Made by a program: the position numbers and the translations under genes. The notes under the pieces are model-generated. The model had not been told where the DNA came from. It did no database searches and saw nothing but the letters and a program-made list of their open reading frames with translations. A DNA stretch of 63,645 bases, the filler included, from Octopus bimaculoides (Eukaryota), in assembly GCF_001194135.2 (NCBI RefSeq). It is 7 parts of 7 records of this genome, joined end to end, with 100 filler letters (N's around TTAATTAATTAA, not from the genome) between each part and the next. Parts side by side here need not be neighbours in the genome. Positions count along the whole stretch, not along the records: positions 1 to 12,772 come from NC_069002.1; 6 more parts are not named here. One strand, 5' to 3'. Below, piece after piece: positions 1 to 12,828 of the stretch (positions within the stretch are counted from its first letter, which is position 1; each line of letters starts with the position of its first letter).

Positions 1-522
1 TATATATACATTATATATTTATATATGTGTATTCATGAATATATATATATATATTTATGTATATTTATACAAATATATATATATATATACATTATATATT
101 TATATATGTGTATTCATGAATATATATATATATATTTATGTATATTTATACAAATATATATATATATACATTATATATTTATATATGTGTATTCATGAAT
201 ATATATATATATTTATGTATATTTATATAAATATATATATAGATATGTACATTATATATTTATATATATGTGTATTTATATATATATATATCTATGTATA
301 TTTATACAAATATATATACATTATATATTTATATATGTGTATTTATGTATATATTTATATATTTATACATGTGTATTTATGTATATATATATATATATAT
401 ATTTATGTGTATTTATGTATATATATATATATTTATGTGTATTTATGTATATATATATATATTTATGTATATTTATATAAATATATATATATATATATGT
501 ACACATATATATATATATATAT
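1..522. repeat. AT-rich compound minisatellite (~80-bp TA-derived unit, decaying into shorter units)
   Basis: Recurrent unit tacattatatatttatatatgtgtattcatgaatatatata...tttatgtatatttatacaaa; ORFs 35..604 etc. are YI/IY translations of it. Confidence 0.9.
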
Positions 523-1409
523 AAAATATCGGATCAATACACACACACACGCATGCGCACACACACACACACACACACACACATTCAGACACACAGGTAT
601 GTAGGCGCAAATACATATTCATACGTAAAAGAGGCACGTGCTATACATAATCATCCATTGTTATGCTCATTAACTGGAACAAAACTAATTTTTATGAGGT
701 TTGCATCGTAAAATATTTAGCCATATATTAAGCTATTTAACATGTATGTATTCATCTGTTTATCACGTACAAGAGCGTATGTGTGCGTCTGTGTACTTAT
801 TCCTATTTGTTTATACCCATGCATAGCTATATGTATGCATATGGAAAATGAAAGACGGAAGATGGAATATACGAGAATGTGTTATTAATCACAATTGTTT
901 CGACACATCTACCATGGATTCATGGATTTTTGATAAAAAACAAAAGAAACGAACAATTTTGGTAAGCGACGACAAGGATTATTTTGGGCACCAAATGAGC
1001 ATTTCACAGCTAAGTTAGCAATAAAATTAATTTATCTTATAAGACACACTTTCTGCACTTGTGTACCGAATTCAAACCATTTCTTCCGACCCTTAACATC
1101 GGATCCAGTGTAAAACCCAATGTTTCTATAAGTGTTAAAAGTTTTGTATATTCAGCCGAATGTACACGGAACATTATATATTCCACGAGTTTGATTTGTG
1201 CAGCGATTTGCACAGTTTCGGAAGCGTCAAGAATTCAAACTTCAATAAAAATTAATCGAAACTTGTGTGAAATATCCATTGTTGCTTATAGAAGCCTGAT
1301 AAAAGTTTCCTCCTCTCCTCCTCCTCCTCCTCCTCATCATCAGTATCATTATTATCATTGCCAATATTATTGTTGGCGGTACGCTTATATCTATCTATCT
1401 ATCTATCTA

Positions 1410-1440
<31 letters not shown>

Positions 1441-1759
1441 NNNNNNNNNNNNNNNNNNNNNNNNNNNNNNNNNNNNNNNNNNNNNNNNNNNNNNNNNNNN
1501 NNNNNNNNNNNNNNNNNNNNNNNNNNNNNNNNNNNNNNNNNNNNNNNNNNNNNNNNNNNNNNNNNNNNNNNNNNNNNNNNNNNNNNNNNNNNNNNNNNNN
1601 NNNNNNNNNNNNNNNNNNNNNNNNNNNNNNNNNNNNNNNNNNNNNNNNNNNNNNNNNNNNNNNNNNNNNNNNNNNNNNNNNNNNNNNNNNNNNNNNNNNN
1701 NNNNNNNNNNNNNNNNNNNNNNNNNNNNNNNNNNNNNNNNNNNNNNNNNNNNNNNNNNN

Positions 1760-1819
<60 letters not shown>

Positions 1820-1844
1820 GGTGTGTGTGTAAGTGATTTTGTGT

Positions 1845-2050
1845 CTATGTTTGGCTCTCGACCATCGCTTTACAATCAGCCTTAGTGTGTTTACGTATCC
1901 GTAACTTTGCGGTTCTGCAAAATATACCAATAGACTAAGTACTAAGCTTACAAAGAATAAGTTCTAGGATCGATTTCTCCGAATGAATGTCCTTGAAGGC
2001 AGTATATTGCAGCATGGTTGCAGTGAAATGACTGAAACAGGTATAATAAA
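1845..2050 (+). mobile_element. SINE family B, 3' half, diverged
   Basis: gtgtttacgt..cgtaacttt gcggttctgcaaaa..accaataga.taagtact.agcttacaaagaataag..gatcgattt..cagcatgg..gcagt.aaatgactgaaaca matches the other B copies (e.g. 30960-31190). Confidence 0.8.
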
Positions 2051-4187
2051 TATTAAAAAGTCATGTATGTGTAAATACATGTGTGTATGTTTGTGTGTGT
2101 ATAAATACATGTATGCGTAAATATATGTGTGTATGTTTTTGAGTGTCCTTGTGTCTGTGTTTATTTATGTTTAAATCAAACAATATGTAAGAGAAAGTCT
2201 AAAGCAATCCGAATGGTAATCCACAAGTTACAGTTCCGATGTCGAAAATAGAGGACGGCGTGTATGTGTTAATTATGTGGCATAAAAAAATCATAGGAAG
2301 GGCAAATTTTAACGCTTCAGCAGAATGGGTACCTCAACATGTCGGACATTATTCCATTATTACAACTAGCTATTCACACACACAATAGCACATACGTAAA
2401 TATATTCCTAAAACATATCATTGGTGAGATACAGCAATGCAATAGGCAAGTGATATAATACCTGAATATGCCGGAATATATCCGACTTATATGTTTATTA
2501 GTTGCATTCCAGGCTGAGGATATTCCTGTATAATGAAAGCGTCATTATACAAAGAGGTCATATTAAAAGCATATGGTCTACTAAATGCCAAATGATAACT
2601 TAATGTAATCTGCTTAGAAATAAAAAAAGAACAAATTCTGTTTTCTCTGTATGCTGAAATGCTAGTGTTGAAACCATGGCGGTATACCGCATTGGTGCTG
2701 ATATTGAATAGCATATCTAAGAATGGAGTGCATAAATATAGTATTGAAGAAAGCATCGTTTGATATTTGTGTGAGTTAAAAATCTAAAAGCTACGAGCAT
2801 GGAGATATTTCAGGCTGTTATTGCGTAATCATTGATCATAAGCTACTTAATCGAATTCATTATCTTCATATAATATAAAAGAGATTATCGAAATACAGTT
2901 AGCAAAGAAGAAGAAAAAAAAATAAAAGAAAGAAAATTACTGACTGAAGTTATCGTAAAATACATAGGATGATTGCCATTGGCCAGAAATGCTTCAGGAT
3001 TATATTATTATAGAATGGAATGGAAAATATGTTTCATAATATACATTATTATTTTCGAAAAGTTTCAAATAACACGCATATAAAATCTAAACTTTCAATT
3101 GACCACATTTTCTAACATAGTACAATGAATATTTATCTTCTGAAAAACAGAAAATATTTGTGTTTTTAAACAAATAATAAACATTAAAGAATTAATATAC
3201 ACTAGAATTTGGTGTTTATTTTCCTCACCTTTGCAAACTCCATTGTAGGCTCGTTATTCTGTTATATGCCTTCTGCCATTTAAACATTTCACTATGAATT
3301 ATGCAACACCAAATCTGCCCCTGGTTACCGTTAGAAACTTCAAGATTTTTCTCTCAGGAATGTAATTTTGCCCTTTATTTTTCATTTTGATTCTAATTTA
3401 CTTTTTAAGCAATGCTTAGGTACGCTATTTTTCTTTCTATATTTTATTTTATTTCTGTTAGAGAAACAAGTCTTATCTTAGACAATCATTTTCTTCATGC
3501 AATCTTTTGGATATCTCGAGTGGCAATTTAAAAGAAGTCAAAAAACATAATAATAATAACAACAACTGAAAAAAACATCAGAAAGTAAATCGGTGACATA
3601 TTATGAAAGCCTTAGAGGAAAAGTAAAGAATGAATAAATAACATGTCTTACAAAAAATTTGCAAAAGCAACAGGAAAATCACCGAAAAAAACTAACAAAA
3701 AAACGAACTAAAAAAAAATGAAAGAGAGAGAAGATACAGATTGTATTTCATTTGACGACATCACAGTAATTATATTATAATACTAATTAAGATTTTTAAT
3801 TTGATTTAAAACTTAGCGGTCGTCAGATTTTTGTAGATTTCTGAAGAGTAAGAATGTACTACTGTGTTGACTTTTTTTTTATAACTCAGCCTGCAGTCAT
3901 TTCATGAAACATTGATGATGGTTGCGCTTCAATTTAGAGCACGCTATAAGAATGTTCAAAAATCAAAACACGCATAAGAACAGCAAAAGTGATAACACTA
4001 TCACGAGGAAGTTTTCATAATACTAACAACAGCAACAACAACAATAATATGAAGAAGAGAAATAACAATAACAATAATAATGAGTACACTATTTATAAGA
4101 AAACGAAGAAAAGTAATTACTATTATTATTATTGGTGCCATTATTATTACCGTTATTATTATTATCATTATTATTATTATTCTAATA

Positions 4188-4398
4188 GCGGCGAACTGGC
4201 AGAATCGTTAGCACGCCGGGCGAAATGCTTAGCGTTATTTCGTCAGTCTACACGTTCTGAGTTCAAATTCCGCCAAGGTCGACATTGCTTTTCATCCTTT
4301 CGGAGTCGATAAAATAAGTGCCAGATGTATACTGGGGTTGATGCAGTCAACGTATTCCTTCCCCAGAATTGCTGACTTTGTGCCAACATTTAAAACCA
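4188..4398 (+). mobile_element. SINE family A (tRNA-like head), near full length
   Basis: gcggcgaactggcagaatcgttagcacgccgggcgaaatgcttagcg..gttctgagttcaaattccgcc..gtcgac..ttcatcctttcgg.gtcgataaaataagt; A/B-box-like motifs; more than 10 copies in the window. Confidence 0.9.
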
Positions 4399-4459
4399 TT
4401 ATTATTATAATCCTCATGATCTTCATCATCATTATTATTGTTGTTGTGATTATTATTAA

Positions 4460-4670
4460 GGCGGTGAGTTTGCAGAACCGTTAGCACGCCGAGCGAAATG
4501 CTTAGCGGTATTGCGTCCGTTTTCACGTTCTGAGTTCAAATTCCGCCGCGGTCGTCATTGCCTTTCATCCTTTCGAGGCTGATGCATTAAGTACCAGTAA
4601 AACTCTGGAGTCGATATAATCGAGTTGCCCCCCCCCCCCAATGACTGCAGTTTTGGGAAAATTTAAAACA
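4460..4670 (+). mobile_element. SINE family A copy
   Basis: Same head and body as 4188-4398. Confidence 0.9.
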
Positions 4671-4679
4671 ATTAGTGAA

Positions 4680-5010
4680 GGCGGCGAACTAGCGGACTCA
4701 TTAATGCGCCGGGCGAAATGCTTAGAAGTATTTCGTCTGCTGCTAAGTTCTGAGTTCAAATTCCGCCGCGGTCGTCATTGCCTTTCATCCTTTCGAGGCT
4801 GATGCATTAAGTACCAGTAANNNNNNNNNNGGCGGCGAACTAGCGGACTCATTAATGCGCCGGGCGAAATGCTTAGAAGTATTTCGTCTGCTGCTAAGTT
4901 CTGAGTTCAAATTCCGCTGAGGTCGCCTTTGCCTTTTATCATTTCGGTGTCAATAAATTAAGTACCAGTCGAGGACTGGGGTCTATATAATCGACTATGC
5001 CCCCCCACCC
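4680..5010 (+). mobile_element. Two SINE family A copies separated by a 10-N gap
   Basis: 4680-4766 is identical to 4831-4917; both start ggcggcgaactagcggactcattaatgcgccgggcgaaatg. Confidence 0.85.
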
Positions 5011-5049
5011 TCCGCTTTTATCCTATAGTAGAAAATAATTTTATCATTA

Positions 5050-5084
<35 letters not shown>

Positions 5085-5329
5085 GTAGTAGTAGTAGTAG
5101 TAGTAGTAGCTAGGGTTAGGGTAGTAGTAATAGTAAGGCGGGTGTGCTGGCAAAATCATTAGCGTGTCGGACCACACGCTTTGTGGCCTTCTATAGAGCT
5201 TTACGTTCTGAGTTTCATTTCTGAGGAAGTCTTTCTCACTTTTGTTGTTGTTGTTGTTGTTATATGAATGTCATATTTTCATTGTTGTATTGATGACGAA
5301 TTAGTAATACACTTGTTTTCACATGTATG

Positions 5330-6103
5330 ATATTTGCAAGTAAAGTGCTAATATCCATGTGCATATCTGTAATTTTGAGGAATCCTTTGCTTGACCTTTT
5401 TCTACATCGTGTCTCAGGTTTATCATCTTTGTCATCCTTCTGCCGCGAAGTGTAAGGTTAGACCTTGGTTTGCTTGTCCAGTTCAGAAAGAATTCTTGCC
5501 CGAATTTCTTTATCTTCACTTGGTGTAAGGCCCTGTACGAAAATAAGACACTCGAACATCTCAGGTGTGAGTTCTTTGAGTTTAAAACTTTCACACATCC
5601 TGTTGACTGTTCTCGCGTATGTGATAAGATCATCATTACCTTTTTCGTTATATTCCAACACTCCATTCGAGTGTTAAATAAAGGAGATTTATCACCGAAT
5701 TTGTTAGACAGTAATTCTATTGTTTCTTTAAAAGAAAAGAAATTTCATTGGTGTTTTTGGGTAATATGAAATTATAGTAACGCCCATGCTCTAACGGAGC
5801 TAATTTTCGCTATAACAATCTCACTTTTTGTTAATTCGACCATGATTTGCAATCTTCCTTTAAAATCTTCTCGAACATTCTATAGTACGTTGCAAAAGTT
5901 ATAACCTCCCCTGGGTTATAGCTTAATTCATTAATCGAGTTCGAAACGCCGTCTGGCGAATATATTTCAGTTTTGGACTTCTTTGAATACAGCTACAGCA
6001 ATTGTTGTTGTTGTAGGTGTTGCTCTAATAGCTGCTACTGCAACACTTGTTGCTGCTCTTGTTGCTTTTGCAACTGTACAATGGAAGTTAATAGGCCTTC
6101 CAT
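5330..6103 (-). pseudogene. Gypsy/Ty3-type LTR retrotransposon gag, decayed (stops, frameshifts), truncated before pol
   Basis: Minus strand reads MEGLLTSIVQLQKQQEQQQ..SPDGVSNSINELSYNPGEVITFATYYRMFEKILKEDCKSWSN*QKVRLL*RKLAPLEHGRYYNFILPKNTNEISF/FKETIELLSNKFGDKSPLFNTR/..ELTPEMFECLIFVQGLTPSEDKEIRARILSELDK, typical of invertebrate Gypsy gag; lies directly downstream of a PBS. Confidence 0.85.
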
Positions 6104-6143
6104 TATTTAAAAAGTTGTAATTATCCCTGGTGTGCTTCGAAAA

Positions 6144-6154
6144 CCTCGTCGCCA
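6144..6154 (-). promoter_or_regulatory. Primer-binding site complementary to the tRNA-Ser(GCU) 3' end
   Basis: Minus strand ...GCAACA tc TGGCGACGAGG; 11-nt complement of the metazoan tRNA-Ser(GCU) end CCUCGUCGCCA, 2 nt after the LTR-terminal CA. Confidence 0.8.
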
Positions 6155-6156
6155 GA

Positions 6157-6396
6157 TGTTGCAACGTAATTTTGTTACGTACAATAAATACAACAACCAG
6201 ACGGCAACAATAATGTAACGAACAAACAAATCTCTTTACGAACTAACCAGCTGGCACCTTCCGACTTCACTCCGAACTAACACGAACTTCACCCAGCTCT
6301 GAACTTCAAATAACTCGGATTGTTATTATTTATACTTTACTCTGACCAGTTTATTTCTTGCAAGGGGGTGTCGTATCTTTCATCACAGCAATAACA
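6157..6396 (-). mobile_element. 5' LTR of the Gypsy element (outer end approximate)
   Basis: TG..CA termini (tgttgc..gcaataaca) adjacent to the PBS; no partner 3' LTR seen in the window. Confidence 0.6.
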
Positions 6397-6404
6397 TAAA
6401 GCAC

Positions 6405-6745
6405 TGACCAACTATTGGTCTAGTTGATATCGATAAACAGTGGCCCTCAACACGCTGACCTGATGCTTATATTGATTGAGACCCCCTTCGGTCATCACTG
6501 AGTATGGGATTGCACCTAGAAAGTTACCCTCCCAAGGCCAAGTCCGGGCAAGGTTTATGGAATACCAGCAGTCACCCATGCATACTGGCCTCCCCTCTCT
6601 ACGCCACCAATGTTACCCAAAGGCCGATAGAGCTTTGCATCTGTGACGTCGCAACTCATTTCAACAGCTGAACCGGAGCAACGTGAAATAAAGTGTCTTG
6701 CTCAAGAACACAACAGGCAGCCCGGTCCGGGATTCGAACTCAGAA
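6405..6745 (-). mobile_element. SINE family D (tRNA-like head plus ~300-nt body)
   Basis: Minus: gttcgaatcccggaccgggctgcctgttgtgttcttgagcaagacactttatttcacgttgctcc (B box plus SINE core); related to 27690-27830 and 20110-20225. Confidence 0.75.
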
Positions 6746-6951
6746 CGACGGAGTGTCAGTTGGAGGTTAGGCTGTATAGCATGTTGTAGGGATATGCAAA
6801 TATCTTCAGTTCGGCTGGGAGAGAAGAGTCTGCTGTAATACGCTCTGGTGTAGCATTGTCTTGGTGTTGTGCAGTAGTCCTGGATGTTGCAGTGTGGTCT
6901 AGTGATGTAAATTGTAAAGTAAATATGTTACAATTTGGAATAAAACATGTT

Positions 6952-7265
6952 GTTGTTGTTGGCACTCCGTCGCTTACGACGTCGAGGGTTCCAGTTGATC
7001 CGATCAACGGAACAGCCTGCTCTTGAAATTAACGTGCAAGTGGCTGAGCACTCCACAGACACGTGTACCCTTAACGTAGGAAGTAAGAGTGAGAGAAAGT
7101 TGTGATGAAAGCGTACAGCAAGGTTCACCACCATCCCCTGTCAGAGCCTCGTGGAGCTTTAGGTGTTTTCGCTCAATAAACACTCATAACGACCGGTCTG
7201 GGAATCGAAACTGCAATCCTATGACCGCGAGTCCCTACCCTAACCACTGGGCCATTGCGCCTCCA
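6952..7265 (-). mobile_element. SINE family C (tRNA-Arg-like head), with an internal deletion
   Basis: Minus: ggcgcaatggcccagtggttagggtagggactcgcggtcataggattgcagtttcgattcccagaccgg..gttgatcggatcaactggaaccctcgacgtcgtaagcgacggagtgccaacaacaac; aligns to 21715-22075 lacking ~80 nt. Confidence 0.9.
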
Positions 7266-7314
7266 CGGAATAAAACATACAGGAGCATGAAAGTACATTG
7301 CATTAAAATTTAGT

Positions 7315-7490
7315 TACAAAGCCAGCGCTTTCGGTGTAGGGGCAAGTCAGTTAAATCACCCTCAGTAATCAACTGATATTTACTTTATCGACGCCGAAAG
7401 GATGAAAGGCAAAACAGAATTTGAAGTGGGAACGTAAAGACGGATGAAAAGCTGCTAATCATTTTCCCAGCATTCTAACCATCCCGCAAA
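7315..7490 (-). mobile_element. SINE family A, diverged
   Basis: tttatcgacgccgaaaggatgaaaggcaaa..gaatttgaa..gaacgtaaagacgga is the reverse complement of the A body. Confidence 0.75.
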
Positions 7491-7730
7491 CCCACGACCT
7501 TAACGTAGATGTATATTGTATATTGTAGGGTACTGTATTGTGGTACGATATAATGAAGTAGGATGAAATCAGCTGTGTGTAGCTACTGCTGCTGTTGTTG
7601 CTAAAACTTAGGTTAGTTTGATCGACACCTCCGAAGACCCATGGTATAGCATGACTGTTCCTTTTGAAACGTTGACCTCGCACTGACAGCAGCTTTCAAA
7701 GCTACGAACTTTGGATGCTTGAAACAATGA

Positions 7731-7765
<35 letters not shown>

Positions 7766-8844
7766 ATCGTGGCGATGGAGGTTGTTATGAACAGACAATT
7801 TATTTATCCACACTGAAAGAACGAGTCGAAATAATTTGGTCATGGTAGGATTTGAATTCAAAAAGAAAGATGCGTAAAGGATAGCACAATTCATTGCATC
7901 CGAAATTCCCCGGAATCGCCTGCTTCCGCAATAAAGGAGAGAAGATTGGATTGCTATTTCTAGCAACGTATCGAATCAAGTACGTTTTATTACATACTCA
8001 GTAAGACATAGAGAGCATGAAAATGTCATGCATTAAGTTCTAGAGTAAAGGTTTGAGGTGTCGTAGATACTGATTAGAAATCAGAAGGTAGGCATCGCTA
8101 ATAAAGCATTGAGATAAAAAAAAAAAGGTTGATTTCTAACGTAAGCCCAAAACCTCATATATTTGGACAGGAAGCGGTCAATTAAATGAACCTTACATCA
8201 TTTGATTTGTGATTTTTTAAAATCGATGCTGGGAATATAAACTGCCAAGTCAGACTTGATAGGATGTGAAACTATATAACGTTTATAAAATATCAGGAGT
8301 CATTTTATTCAAATCCCTGCCAACTACTGTCAATCATCGTCATTTATATATTAAAACAAATATTAGAAGTAATATAAGAAAACATTGAATAATATTCTGA
8401 CATATGGCACCAATCTTTCTTTTCCATTTAGATATAAAATCATGGGAGAATCAGAATTGCTATTACTAAAACCAAATTAGATATTTTGGCTTTTCGTATG
8501 TATGTATGTATGTATGCTCACGTGTGTGTGTCTATATATATATANNNNNNNNNNNNNNNNNNNNNNNNNNNNNNNNNNNNNNNNNNNNNNNNNNNNNNNN
8601 NNNNNNNNNNNNNNNNNNNNNNNNNNNNNNNNNNNNNNNNNNNNNNNNNNNNNNNNNNNNNNNNNNNNNNNNNNNNNNNNNNNNNNNNNGTGTGTGCGTG
8701 TGTGTTTGTCTGTGTGTGTGTGTCGATTCTCATTTCAGTGAACTTCGATAGGGGAAATCGTACTTTCTTTTCAGCTTCCTAAAACAATTCCGTTTGCACA
8801 ATTTCTAAAAATGAAAAAGAAAGGAATAAATGTACAAAAGTAAT

Positions 8845-8869
8845 AATGATACTAATAACAACAACAACG

Positions 8870-8958
<89 letters not shown>

Positions 8959-9010
8959 AAGAAGAAGAAGACGAACAATAACAACAACAACAACAACGGC
9001 AACAATAACA
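8845..9010. repeat. Compound (AAT)n(AAG)n(AAC)n microsatellite
   Basis: Seen directly; explains poly-N/K and poly-L/F ORFs. Confidence 0.95.
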
Positions 9011-9958
9011 GAATGACAAAAATTAAGGATTTATTATAGCAGACATGCAAATTATTCCACGCAATAGCAATATCCGTTTTATGTTTTATGTCGGTATAAA
9101 TTGCCAAGAATTTTGACACCGCTAAACTTGGCTTCATTCATTCGGCGTTTCTTGGAGGTTGTATCAGGAAACATATATAAAATAGGCGTCAGGAATTGAT
9201 ACGTTCTTCATTCATCTTTACTTGACAACCTGTTGGCATGCTTCCACACTTCTGACCGAGCGAGGTCAACCATTGAAAAGGAACAGTCGAACTGTTCTTA
9301 CAGAATAGCCATTCCCGATTTTCACCATTTTTTTTTCTCGGATTTTTCTCTCTTATTACTTCAATTTTTTTGTAACATCTTTATTGTATATAAAAGGTTT
9401 ATGTGCGTATGAAGAATATATACATACATTTATGTGCGTATATATATACTTGTGTATGTGTGTGAATGAAGTATATATAGACATGCATATGTATGCATTT
9501 ATACATATACATATACTACATATACATATGTATATATATGTATATATATATAGCTATATCTATCTATCTATCTATCTATCTATATATCTATCTATCTATA
9601 TATATATATATATATATATATAATCACATTAATGATTTATACATTAAAACAGTATATATTTTATCATATCATGATACATTCATACATACACACGCAGACG
9701 CGCGTACACACACACACACATAGTCATATATAAGTATGTGTGTGCTTATATATGTAAGTATATTCGTATGCAAGTTCATATATGCGCATATGCATAATGT
9801 TTGTAATACGAATGATAAATGCATGCTTGTATGTATATGTTTATATTATGTTACAGTGTTTTTATAAATTCACGCATGTATGCCTAAACGTATCTGAATA
9901 TGTGGATGTATGCGTATGGACATTTGAATACTAATGCACGAACACGCACAAAGCATCC

Positions 9959-9989
<31 letters not shown>

Positions 9990-10002
9990 AATACGCACAC
10001 AA

Positions 10003-10033
<31 letters not shown>

Positions 10034-10781
10034 NNNNNNNNNNNNNNNNNNNNNNNNNNNNNNNNNNNNNNNNNNNNNNNNNNNNNNNNNNNNNNNNNNN
10101 NNNNNNNNNNNNNNNNNNNNNNNNNNNNNNNNNNNNNNNNNNNNNNNNNNNNNNNNNNNNNNNNNNNNNNNNNNNNNNNNNNNNNNNNNNNNNNNNNNNN
10201 NNNNNNNNNNNNNNNNNNNNNNNNNNNNNNNNNNNNNNNNNNNNNNNNNNNNNNNNNNNNNNNNNNNNNNNNNNNNNNNNNNNNNNNNNNNNNNNNNNNN
10301 NNNNNNNNNNNNNNNNNNNNNNNNNNNNNNNNNNNNNNNNNNNNNNNNNNNNNNNNNNNNNNNNNNNNNNNNNNNNNNNNNNNNNNNNNNNNNNNNNNNN
10401 NNNNNNNNNNNNNNNNNNNNNNNNNNNNNNNNNNNNNNNNNNNNNNNNNNNNNNNNNNNNNNNNNNNNNNNNNNNNNNNNNNNNNNNNNNNNNNNNNNNN
10501 NNNNNNNNNNNNNNNNNNNNNNNNNNNNNNNNNNNNNNNNNNNNNNNNNNNNNNNNNNNNNNNNNNNNNNNNNNNNNNNNNNNNNNNNNNNNNNNNNNNN
10601 NNNNNNNNNNNNNNNNNNNNNNNNNNNNNNNNNNNNNNNNNNNNNNNNNNNNNNNNNNNNNNNNNNNNNNNNNNNNNNNNNNNNNNNNNNNNNNNNNNNN
10701 NNNNNNNNNNNNNNNNNNNNNNNNNNNNNNNNNNNNNNNNNNNNNNNNNNNNNNNNNNNNNTATATATATATATATAGGTA

Positions 10782-10825
<44 letters not shown>

Positions 10826-12021
10826 CACCTATCTATCTATCTATCCACCTATCTATCTATCTATCTATCTGTTTCCTACTAGTTTCCGTCCTGTTTTCCA
10901 TAGGAACAGGTACAAGAATAATAGTAGCAACACCGACATCACCCCCACTGCTGACACCACCGCTGCCACCATAAACAACAACACGAAGATCCACATTAAC
11001 ATGTAACCACAGCAGCAATGTGTAAATCACTCTCAAAGTTGCCATTTATATCAAAAGAACGAGATTCGCTGTTGTGAGGCACAAACAGACTTCCTGCCGG
11101 GAGGACTGTATGACTCTCATTTCAGTGTTTCATACAGTATTTTAACCCCCATGTGACCAAACTATGAGAATGCTTGCACGTGTATTCAACATATATATCT
11201 AGGATGTTTTACTGTCACACGTATGTATACGTAGATATACATACGCACACACACATACATACACATTCATACATGCCTATATTCATACGTACCACAAACA
11301 TTTGCTAACAACTAATTGTCACATAATATATTTATAGATACATTCCTTTATTTTACATAATATATATATATTCATTATTTTGTTCTCATATGCTTATTAT
11401 AAATATATATATATATATATATATANNNNNNNNNNNNNNNNNNNNNNNNNNNNNNNNNNNNNNNNNNNNNNNNNNNNNNNNNNNNNNNNNNNNNNNNNNN
11501 NNNNNNNNNNNNNNNNNNNNNNNNNNNNNNNNNNNNNNNNNNNNNNNNNNNNNNNNNNNNNNNNNNNNNNNNNNNNNNNNNNNNNNNNNNNNNNNNNNNN
11601 NNNNNNNNNNNNNNNNNNNNNNNNNNNNNNNNNNNNNNNNNNNNNNNNNNNNNNNNNNNNNNNNNNNNNNNNNNNNNNNNNNNNNNNNNNNNNNNNNNNN
11701 NNNNNNNNNNNNNNNNNNNNNNNNNNNNNNNNNNNNNNNNNNNNNNNNNNNNNNNNNNNNNNNNNNNNNNNNNNNNNNNNNNNNNNNNNNNNNNNNNNNN
11801 NNNNNNNNNNNNNNNNNNNNNNNNNNNNNNNNNNNNNNNNNNNNNNNNNNNNNNNNNNNNNNNNNNNNNNNNNNNNNNNNNAAGGATAGGTTCTCCTTTC
11901 CCAGGTAAATAGATGCAAAATAGTTATAAATTACGTGATCATGACTTCCTATTCAACCGCCCATGAGTTCGACTGCTATACACCCACTCGCATGTTTTAC
12001 CCTGAAAATATACACGCGCTT

Positions 12022-12065
<44 letters not shown>

Positions 12066-12509
12066 TCTATTGGTTCATTGTGCTTTCAGAAGCCTTTAAA
12101 TCTCGAAACTGGTTTTTCATTAAGGGGTCTTGCATTAATTGCATGTTTCATCTGGTGGTTTATATCATCAGTATATCCTCAGGGCACACCCACGGACTAT
12201 TCTCTATTTACAACGCCAAATGCTTAGAATTCAAACACATGTCTTGTTTTATTCCCTTCAAATCTTTTCAGCAGTCGTATAAATTTCCATTTCTGGGGAA
12301 AGAAATTCCTGTTATATCTCAGTTAGTTTTATTCAAGGATTTGAGAAGTCAATGATTTCGACAACTCTTTCAGACGGAACCATAAAATAAAATGCTACAA
12401 CACTTTTTAGAAGCTACTTTAAAACCCTATAAAGACAAATTCCATATGATTACATACATAAATGCGTATGCATATAAGCTCGACGATTACATGCAAATAC
12501 CTGCCTATC

Positions 12510-12565
<56 letters not shown>

Positions 12566-12816
12566 GCTTCTCACTCTCTCTCGAGAGAGAGATTATGAGA
12601 GGTAATAGTGTCATTAAGATCCAAAGGTATCAAGTAATGCTGAGTAAGTGCTATGGATAAGACCATAGTTAAGCTCCAGGTTCGGTGATTATGCGAATAA
12701 GGAGTCCAACGTAGGTCATTATATATATGTATATATATATATGTATATATATATATGTATATATATATATGTNNNNNNNNNNNNNNNNNNNNNNNNNNNN
12801 NNNNNNNNNNNNNNNN

Positions 12817-12828
12817 TTAATTAATTAA
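12817..12828. other. Artificial scaffolding spacer TTAATTAATTAA in a 44N+12+44N block
   Basis: Identical 12-mer centred in a 100-bp N block; six such blocks in the window. Confidence 0.95.

Noticed and set aside
880-935. Minus-strand GAAAC-aatt-GT hammerhead half
   Set aside because: No core or stem II upstream, and position 17 would be G
1059-1310. ORF open on both strands (MCTEFKPF..; ILDASETVQ..)
   Set aside because: No recognisable homology, no compatible splice sites, and it runs into microsatellite
7613-7966. 117-aa minus-strand ORF
   Set aside because: Crosses a (GA)n tract; no motif and no splice support
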